The position numbers and the translations under genes were made by a program. Below the pieces are notes generated by a model. It was not told where the DNA came from and did no database searches. It saw nothing but the letters and a program-made list of their open reading frames with translations. This document shows, in pieces, positions 54,470-64,000 of a DNA stretch of 64,000 bases. This stretch comes from Macrostomum lignano (lineage: Eukaryota), in contig NIVC01001716.1 in assembly GCA_002269645.1 (NCBI GenBank), forward strand, positions 147,434 to 211,433, read 5' to 3'. Within the stretch, counting starts at the first letter, position 1, and every line of letters starts with the position of its first letter.

Positions 54470-57400
54470 TTACTCTGCCTCCGCCATGAGAGCGGACACA
54501 AAAATGCGCCTGAGGATGGGCTGGCGGCACAGCGGGCAGAGGCTCAGGCCAGTCGAGCAGGCCTCGCAGCAGCAGACGTGGCCGCAATTCAAGAACAGCG
54601 TGTCCGGCGTAGCGTCCATGCAGACGCAGCAGCCGGTTGATTCGGCTGTCCGGGCTCGAACCACGGACGCCGGCTGAGGCTCGCTAGCCGGGGCCACTAG
54701 CGCCATAGGCGGCGCGCTCGGCTCCAGCTTCTCTCTACACGCGGCGGCTTCTTCATCAAATTTATCCGGCGGATGGCCAGACTCCTTGTTGTCGTTCTCA
54801 GCCTCGCTGTCGTCAAGATCGTCGCCTAGAGCGGCCAGCTCGGCGATGATGGCTCGCCGGACGCCCAGCTCCCGGATGCCGATGGTGTCGCGCAGGTCGG
54901 CGTCGTCGGCGCACAGTCGTAGCCGCTTTAAGTTGAGCACGCGGTGGCGCAGGAATTGCGGCTCGTAGGACTGCAACGAGAATGGGATTTGTTTTCACAG
55001 TTGCTATGCGATTCTTATTCGCCTGAGACTGAGGATTCGAGCTTGTGAGCGCCATAGAGATTTGTAGGATGGTTGCGGACAAACTGACGTCACGCTTTTG
55101 GCGACATCACCGCACAAACCGCAGCTGAGATTAAAGATCTGAGCAAGCAGTTTGAGGATCGGTGCTTTGGGATTAGGGATCTGAGCTAGGATTTTGAGGA
55201 TCTGAGCTAGGATTTTGAGGATCTGAGCTGGGATACTGAGCAACTGAGCTAGGATTTTGAGGATCTGAGCTGGGGTATTGAGCATCTGAGCTAGGATTTT
55301 GAGGATCTGAGCTGGGGTATTGAGGATCTGAGCTGGGGTATTGAGGATCTGAGCTGGGATTAGGGATCTCAGCTAGGATTTTGAGCATCTGAACTGGGAT
55401 TTTGAGGATCTGAGCTGGGATTTTGAGGATCTGAGCTGGGAGATTGAGGATCTGAGCTGGGATATTGAGGATCTGAGCTGGGAGATTGAGGATCTGAGCT
55501 GGGATATTGAGGATCTGAGCTGGGATATTGAGGATCTGAGCTGGGATATTGAGGATCTGAGCTGGGATATTGAGGATCTGAGCTGGTTTATTAAGGATCT
55601 GAGCTTGAGTACGCCATAGATTGACAGGATTTCAGACTGTGAACTGAGTTCTGCACGAGCAAAAATCTTAGCAAAGCACAGCCTGACTGCAAGCTGCTAA
55701 CCTGCGCCCCGGCCTTAGCCAACAGTTTGGTCAGTCTGACGCTCAGCCCGGGCTCCAGCTGTCCAGGCCGGCGCTCCATCAGCCGCTGATACTGCACCAG
55801 CCAATAGTCGATCTGGTCAGCTTTGCGCTGCTCTTCCAGCTCCGCCAGCCGTTTGGTGAGCTCGTTGGCTCGCTTGGTCCGCTCGTCCATGAGCTGCTGC
55901 AGCAGGCGGATCAGGGCGTCGCGCTTGGCGGCCAGTGCGGTCAGGCTGGCGTCAGAACGGTCGCGACGGCGCTGCATCTCGGCTCGGGTGATGGCGCACA
56001 GCTCGCGCTCGATCAGCGACACCTGCGGATGAGATGTTAAGCACGAGATTTAGTAGGATAATGGCCAATTCTAAGCAAAGCATCAAAAAAGTGCAGAATC
56101 GAACCTCCTGACAGAGTCGCTGACTCTTGTAGTCGCGCTGAATCAGCAGCTGGGCGAACGCCTCCCGCTGCCTGCTCTGCTCCTCGGCTATGCTGCTGAC
56201 CAGGCCCCGCCTTTGGCTGGCGTGGGTGTCCAGGGCCCGCTCGACCTCTTCGGTGCGCTCGCCAGCCTTGGCCGCGGCGGTGACAGCGTCGGCCCGGTCA
56301 GCTTCCACTCGGCGTCGGCGAGACTCCAACGAGTCGGACTCGGCCAGCAGTTTGTCCATAGAGGCCAGGATCTCCGACCGGTGCTGGGCAGTCAGCTCCG
56401 TCAGGGACTCCTCCTGGTCCTGCTGCTCCAGCTGTTCAAGGATGGCCTCCCTACCGCTGGCGCGGACGTTCCAATCCAGTAGGTGGCGGATCAGCCGATC
56501 GGCGCTGGACTCGGCCGCGCTGACGTCTTCAACTAGGCGTTGCCGATCTCGCTGGCGGGCGGCCTGGACGGCGGCCAAGTCCAGAGCCTGACCGTCGGCA
56601 GCGTCGGCGTCCAGCCTGTCAACGGCTGCCCGACGCTGCTCCTGGGATCGAGTAGCCAGAGCCAACTGGGCGCTGGAGTCCTCTTGAAGCTGGCGCTCCA
56701 GCTCTTGGCGCTGCTGACGGCGCTGGGCGAGGACGCGCTCCTGCACCTGGACGCTGTCCTGTTTTGGGAAGCCAGTGGGGGAAGATCTGACATCAAGCAG
56801 CTATGATGTAACCAATGACATCAGGCAGTTCTGGTGTATGCCCGATGACATCAAGCAGCTATGATGTAACCAATGACATCAGGCAGTTCTGGTGTATGCC
56901 CGATGACATCAAGCAGTTCTGATGTAACCAATGACATCAGGCAGTTCTGATATGCCCAATGACATCAGGCAGTTCTGATTTGTGCCCAAGGACATCAGGC
57001 AGTTCTGATTTGTGCCCAATGACATCAGGCAGTTCTGATGTATGCCCGATGACATCAGGCAGTTCTGGTGTATGCCCGATGACATCAGGCAGTTCTGGTG
57101 TATGCCCAATGACATCAGGCAGTTCTGATGTAACCAATGACATCAGGCAGTTCTGATGTAACCAATGACATCAGGCAGTTCTGGTGTATGCCCGATGACA
57201 TCAAGCAGTTCTGATGTAACCAATGACATCAGGCAGTTCTGGTGTATGCCCGATGACATCAAGCAGTTCTGATGTAACCAATGACATCAGGCAGTTCTGA
57301 TATGCCCAAGGACATCAGGCAGTTTTGATATGCCCAATGACATCAGGCAGTTCTGGTGTATGCCCGATGACATCAAGCAGTTCTGATGTAACCAATGACA

Positions 57401-60400
57401 TCAGGCAGTTCTGATATGCCCAAGGACATCAGGCAGTTTTGATATGCCCAATGACATCAGGCAGTTCTGATTTGTGCCCAAGGACATCAGGCAGTTCTGA
57501 TTTGTGCCCAAGGACATCAGGCAGTTTTGATATGCCCAATGACATCAGGCAGTTCTGATTTGTGCCCAATGACATCAGGCAGTTCTGATTTGTGCCCAAT
57601 GACATCAGGCAGTTCTGATGTATGCCCGATGACATCAGGCAGTTCTGGTGTATGCCCGATGACATCAGGCAGTTCTGGTGTATGCCCGATGACATCAGGC
57701 AGTTCTGGTGTATGCCCGATGACATCAGCAGTTCTGGTGTATGCCCGATGACATCAGGCAGTTCTGGTGTATGCCCGATGACATCAGGCAGTTCTACGTG
57801 ACCCTTGCATTCTAATGAGTTATACAAAACAATAACTACGAGCTACTTACTGAACGTTCAAAGCAACAGAAACGTGAATGCATGTCTTGCAACAAGTGGA
57901 TGCAGGATTAAGCGTAACAAAGGTACAATATATATTGTGTAGCGCACTTACGGGTTGAATTGAGAATTTGCTAAATCTGATTCAATACCAATATTTACGA
58001 GCAGCTCAAGTAGAGGGAGAGGAGAGAACACACGGGGATAGAGAGAATAGAAGTCTCAGTACTCATCACTCGAGTGCCCAAGCATACATCCATAGTGGCG
58101 TACACACAGGCTAGGCCAGAAGTACTCCCAGAGAGAGAGAGAGAGGGCCATCCCCCTTATCGATTCAGAGGGCTGCAGGAGCATAGAGAATTTCTGGGGC
58201 ACAGAGAAACGAGACGAATGCTGGCCCAGGGAGCTTTGGACCAATCCAACAAAATGTACAACGCCTAGTGAGTGCGCGGCGAGGCAGTCACCGCCAAGTC
58301 AAGATACTAACCTCGTAACAGAGATCAAAAAGGAGCCACTAACTTTTAACTGCTGACTTCTGACTGACTGACCGACTGGTTGAAAGTACTAATGTTTCTT
58401 TCTTCTTTTTTTCTGAAACTCCTTAATGACTGTATAAGTCTCTCCAAGATTTTGGGCACTCTTAAACGCGAAAATGTCACTCCATAGATCTAGAATATCA
58501 CTCTTCATGGACAGTGTCTCTATCGAGATTTCAGGCACTCCTAAGTCGAAAATGTCACTCCATAGATCTAGAATGTCGCTCTTCAAAAATTCAAAAACAG
58601 CGTGACTCTATCGAGATTTCGGGCACTCCTAAGTTGAAAATGTCACTCCATAGATCTAGAATGTCGCTCTTCAAAAACAGCGTGACTCTATCCAGATTTC
58701 GGGCACTCCTAAGTCGAAAATGTCACTCCATAGATCTAGAATGTCGCTCTTCAAAAACAGCGTGACTCTATCGAGATTTCGGGCACTCCTAAGTCGAAAA
58801 TGTCACTCCATAGATCTAGAATGTCGCTCTTCAAAAACAGCGTGACTCTATCGAGATTTCGGGCACTCCAAAAGTCGAAAATGTCACTCCATAGATCTAG
58901 AATGTCGCTCTTCAAAAACAGCGTGACTCTATCCAGATTTCGGGCACTCCTAAGTCGAAAATGTCACTCCATAGATCTAGAATGTCGCTCTTCAAAAACA
59001 GCGTGACTCTATCGAGATTTCGGGCACTCCTAAGTCGAAAATGTCACTCCATAGATCTAGAATGTCGCTCTTCAAAAACAGCGTGACTCTATCGAGATTT
59101 CGGGCACTCCTAAGTCGAAAATGTCACTCCATAGATCTAGAATGTCGCTCTTCAAAAAAACAGCGTGACTCTATCCAGATTTCGGGCACTCCTAAATCGA
59201 AAATGTCACTCCATAGATCTAGAATGTCGCTCTTCAAAAACAGCGTGACTCTATCCAGATTTCGGGCACTCCTAAGTCGAAAATGTCACTCCATAGATCT
59301 AGAATGTCGCTCTTCAAAAACAGCGTGACTCTATCCAGATTTCGGGCACTCCTAAGTCGAAAATGTCACTCCATAGATCTAGAATGTCGCTCTTCAAAAA
59401 CAGCGTGACTCTATCGAGATTTCGGGCACTCCTAAGTCGAAAATGTCACTCCATAGATCTAGAATGTCGCTCTTCAAAAAAACAGCGTGACTCTATCCAG
59501 ATTTCGGGCACTCCTAAGTCGAAAATGTCACTCCATAGATCTAGAATGTCGCTCTTCAAAAAAACAGCGTGACTCTATCGAGATTTCGGGCACTCCTAAG
59601 TCGAAAATGTCACTCCATAGATCTAGAATGTCGCTCTTCAAAAACAGCGTGACTCTATCGAGATTTCGGGCACTCCAAAAGTCAAAAATGTCACTCTTCA
59701 AGAATGGTATCGAGAGAGAAAATGGCACTCCACAGACTTCAAAACAGTACAGTTCAATTTAGTTCAATCCCCACCTCGTAGTCGTTAGCCAGCTCCTTCA
59801 GCAGCGGGCCACTGTTGCCACCACCGCCCATGCCTGGGCCACAGCCGCTGCTTTCAACCTCGGGCGAAGGCAGAATGTGCAGAGCAAACCTACTAGGCGG
59901 TTCGTACTGAACACCTGCCTCTGAAATGTAAGCGATGGTGCGAAAAACTTATTAGGAAAACTTATACTTGCAGTTTCGAATTTGTCGCAATAGAAACAAA
60001 AAAACACTTTGCTCACCCTTGCACAGGAAACGCATAATGGCTTCAGTGCCTTGGGCGCAGATTTCTAAAACGTGCGCGTGATAAATAATATTGTTACATG
60101 ACGAAAAGTAATATTTCACGATAATTATTAATATTAAATAGTTGTCGAATATCCGACACTGACCCTTGCTAGGATAGGTGAATCCCTGCGGAGACAGAGT
60201 CAAATTCTCCAGAGTGCGGGCCTGGCAGATGGTGCGCGGCAGCTGGCGCATTGGATTGCCGGCAATGTCCAGTAGTTTAAGGCTGGCCAAGCCAAGAAAT
60301 ATCTCGGATGGCAGCGACTTCAACCGGTTGTCTGCGGTCGGTGTATATGGCTAACTAGGTCCATAGGTAGTGGTATAAATTTTACAACTGCCTACTTATA

Positions 60401-62240
60401 GTCTAGCAATGCCAGATATTGGCTTGCTTGCACTTTTAGTTACCGATAATAAAACTGATAAGGCATGTCTAAGCTTGTACTTTTATCTAATCGACCTGGT
60501 ACTAGTCTAGTCAAATTCGTACTTTCATCTAATCGATCTTTTACGATTCTTATCTAATCGATCTTTTACGATTCTTATCTTATCGATCTCTTACGATTCT
60601 TATCTAATCGATCTTTTACGATTCTTATCTAATCGATATTTTGCGATTCTCATCTAATCGATCTTTTGCGATTCTTATCTAATCGATCTTTTGCGATTCT
60701 TATCTAATCGATCTTTTGCGATTCTTATCTAATCGATCTTTTGCGATTCTTATCTGATCGATCTTTTACGATTCTCATCTAATCGATCTTTTGCGATTCT
60801 TATCTAATCGATATTTTGCAATTCTTCTCTAATCGATATTTTGCGATTCTCATCTAATCGATCTTTTACGATTCTCATCTAATCGATCTTTTACGATTCT
60901 TATCTAATCGATCTCTTACGATTCTTATCTAATCGATCTTTTGCGATTCTTATCTAATCGATATTTTGCGATTCTCATCTAATCGATCTTTTGCGATTCT
61001 TATCTAATCGATCTTTTGCGATTCTTATCTAATCGATCTTTTGCGATTCTTATCAAATCGATATTTTACGATTCTTATCTAATCGATCTTTTGCGATTCT
61101 CATCTAATCGATCTTTTACGATTCTTATCTAATCGATATTTTGCAATTCTTCTCTAATCGATATTTTGCGATTCTTATCTAATCGATCTGGTACAATTCT
61201 CTTCAAAATTTGTACTTTTATCTAATCGGTCAGGAACAATTATCTTCAAATTTGTACTTTTATCTAACCGATCTGGTCATATTTGTACTTTTAATGAATA
61301 AGTCTGCACTCGTCTACTAAAACTTGTACTTGTATCAAATCGATCGCGTAGTCGACTTGCACTGGGCCATAAAGAATGAATGATGAAGAGATTAATGAGA
61401 TTCTCAGAATTGCTGCTCACCTCTCAGGCCGAGAGTCTGCAAATTGCGCATGCTCTGCATAGAGGCCGGTAGCCAAGTTAATTTATTCCTGTCCAAGCTG
61501 AGTACCTGGAGATAAAATGCAAAAAAAATCGTTTTAATTGTCGACTAATCGTTAATTCTGATTTCAACCGTATCTATGGACTCAGTAATAAAGTTTATAG
61601 ACTGTTAGCTGGATTTATCGAATTCAAACAATGTCGAGACAAGTCGCCAAAGAATCGCCTACGAGTCAAATTGAGGCGTGCTGGAGTCGTATCGAATTAA
61701 TATGAATTAGTATCACATTTCGCATTTATAAAAACTCTGTTTAGTCTGCTTGAGTTAGCAGAAATTTAATCGCTAACACAACGACTCTTAAACGATTTTT
61801 TGCGCGACTCTTACGATTCTGCAACTCACGTGATGCGCTCGCGACTTAAAAAGTCACAAGAGTCGTTTCACTCAAGCGAATCTTAAGAAGGCTAATACTA
61901 GATTAGTAAAGCGCATTTAAAACTAACAGACCTGCAGACAGGTGAGACAGCCGATATTGTTAGGCAGGTCGGTGAGCTCGTTATTGCGCAAATCCAGCAC
62001 TCGCAGATTCGCTAAGCTGGTGAGTTTAGACTCAGGTCCCAGGCTAGTTAACCAGTTGTCATTGAGCAGCAGGGCCTCTTTGCGTAGCACCCGGATTTGA
62101 GTATAGACTCCAGTGGGAACCTCGGTTAGTTCGCATTCAGACAGGTCGAATGGTGACGACTCGCTCTCCTGGGCTAGATAGAGTTTACGCTCTAGGCGAC
62201 GCTTGCCAGCCTCTGTCTGCTTGCGGCCGAACAGTGGCAT
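54470..62240 (-). CDS. lrsam1: LRSAM1/Tal E3 ubiquitin ligase (LRR - coiled coil - SAM - RING); exons 62240-61932, 61505-61421, 60331-60164, 60064-60017, 59920-59775, (candidate 58412-58373), 56758-56105, 56022-55702, 54970-54470
   Basis: MPLFGRK..EAGKRRLE matches LRSAM1 MPLFFRK..EEARKRLE. LRR exons, EICAQGTEAIMRFLCK, DYWLVQYQRLM, and RING CCVCMD...FLNCGHVCCCEAC...CPLCRQ. GT-AG sites are phase-compatible. Confidence 0.95.
55135..55603. repeat. 21-bp minisatellite (GAGGATCTGAGCTGGGATATT) in an LRSAM1 intron
   Basis: Direct tandem copies. Confidence 0.95.
56787..57797. repeat. 28/30-bp minisatellite (ATGACATCAGGCAGTTCTGGTGTATGCCCG) in an LRSAM1 intron
   Basis: Direct tandem copies. Confidence 0.96.
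58445..59700. repeat. 80-bp satellite (ATGTCACTCCATAGATCTAGAATGTCGCTCTTCAAAAACAGCGTGACTCTATCGAGATTTCGGGCACTCCTAAGTCGAAA) in an LRSAM1 intron
   Basis: Period 80 (e.g. 58720, 58800); truncated units interspersed. Confidence 0.96.
60525..61190. repeat. 25-bp minisatellite (AATCGATCTTTTGCGATTCTTATCT) in an LRSAM1 intron
   Basis: Period 25 (60661, 60686, 60711). Confidence 0.96.
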
Positions 62241-64000
62241 TCTCTGATGGCTCTTGTGTAGCTTGGGCAGCGGTAGTAGGTTAGCAAAGCAGCAATAGCA
62301 AAACGCATAACTTTTATAGAGGCATATCGGCTCATTAAAGTGCAGGATTTCGGATCATGGGGTCAATTCAATTTGTTTCCTTGCAAACTGTAAAAATAGC
62401 TATATACTAAATTTTCCCATGGCCTATCTTTATCCATATCGAATTAATTTTTCCATCACTTTCCCTAACTTAACTCAGATGCCAACAGTTCCTTCATCAT
62501 TCACTATAATATAGTGGGGAAGTTAAGAATGACAGCAATAGTTAAACCTGTCACTTTATTAAATGTGTCTCATTTTCATATTAACTTTAGCCCCAACCAC
62601 ACATGGTGCATGTGGTATTGAAAATCTCTGTTGCTTTAGTCCTTAATCCCCAGGGACATAAGAGCTACCCTTGTATTGAAAGTAAGAATATTCAACTAAA
62701 CTTGAGCCCAAAGCACATGATATGCAAGTGGCTTAAGATATCTCTGCTACCTGAGTTCACGACCCAGTGGCTATAGAAGGAAAAGTGTCAAAATGCATAC
62801 TTTAGGATGCACTACTCAAAAACGCAGCTCCCTAGTCTTTGCCCCTCCCTCCTAATAATGGAATTTTGACATTTTTAATAATTGAATTCAAATATTATAA
62901 CCACAGAATATCGTGACTATAACTATAAGCAACATAGATCCTACATAGATAGATTTAAAAAAATTCCTATATATATTTACATACATGCCCAACCTCAAAA
63001 TTTCACCCATCTAGTGCAAGTTAGTTTAATCTAGATTTATGACTTAGTCCTCCCAATTGCAACTTAATTTTCACTTTGTATGACTTTTCTTGCCTTTTTC
63101 TATTTTAATCTTTCTCTTTCTCTCTCTCTCTCTTCTCCCTCTTTTTTTTCTCTTCCTCTCCTTTCTTCTACCAATTTTTTGTTTTTTTGCATTTTGGATT
63201 TAGCAACTTACCCTGGCTGGTGGCCATTTCACCTGTCCAGTTTGGATAGGTCAGACAGGTGTTGGGCATGTATGTATATTTGCCTTTCAATGATTTTACC
63301 TATATCTATAATGTTGTATTTTAAAATGCCTAATATAACTTGCCTTTCTAAACTTTTCTCTAGATTTATGCCTAGGTATAAACTATTAACTAAAGATATT
63401 ATAATATTTTAGTCAATTATAAATTTTATACTTTGAGTTGAGTTAGCAAGATTCTATATAGAAGTAGAGATTATATAGGCATAGTTTTTTACTTTAGTTT
63501 AAAAAAATTATTGCTAACAAAGACTAATAGTTATCATAGTCAAGAAAGTTATACCACATTGCTAATTATGTTAGGCATACAATAGAACAAAAATGAAGGC
63601 CTGAAAAATTACTAGTATACTAAATAACAATTAGATTTGTTTATGGCCCAAGGCAACCTTATTTATATAACTTATATTTTAAATAACCAAGAATAAACTT
63701 AAAACTATTAAAATGGGTATGAAGCTATAAAAATTTAACTTAAAGTAAAAATAAACTTTTCCTATAATATAAATTATGTCTAATACAAATGATAATTCAA
63801 TTTAGCTCTTTAAGAGATTTGATATTCTTATTTATTACTACTTATTAATATTATATTGATTAATATAACATAATGAACTAGATATATATGTATGCTAAGA
63901 TATACCATAGTTCAGATTGTGTATTAATGTATGCCAGGTCGTAGAAGAAAAATACAAGACCTATTTTATATGCTAAGACTTAAAAATGTTTTTTAACTAT

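Noticed and set aside
63000-64000. Very AT-rich terminal segment with a hydrophobic ORF (63080-63412)
   Set aside because: Low-complexity CT/AT sequence; no motif, termini or coding signal to support a feature.

Overview
Eukaryotic, intron-rich and minisatellite-loaded invertebrate DNA. The GC-rich exons and large intronic tandem repeats are reminiscent of the flatworm Macrostomum, but that is inference only. Host genes: two tandem paralogues of an SLC34 Na/phosphate cotransporter about 16 kb apart (each with a different frameshift as assembled), a two-exon tail-anchored protein with a syntaxin-6 N-terminal domain but no recognisable SNARE motif, a five-exon fascin, and a multi-exon LRSAM1 E3 ligase. 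The region between the SLC34 copies holds transposon relics: Crypton, a Gypsy element with 143-bp LTRs, Harbinger, an RTE LINE and a second Gypsy integrase. The most unusual structure spans 21.5-35.2 kb. An 11-kb modular array built on a GAC-N-GC-GTC core has a ~2.4-kb higher-order period, and inverted copies of the same units bracket an intronless Myb/SANT-like + PARP-type (H-Y-E) ADP-ribosyltransferase ORF, giving a foldback-like architecture. A complete tRNA-derived CORE-SINE with an 11-bp TSD lies in a fascin intron. About 20 separate tandem-repeat families are present. There are no CRISPR arrays, rRNA or genuine tRNA genes.
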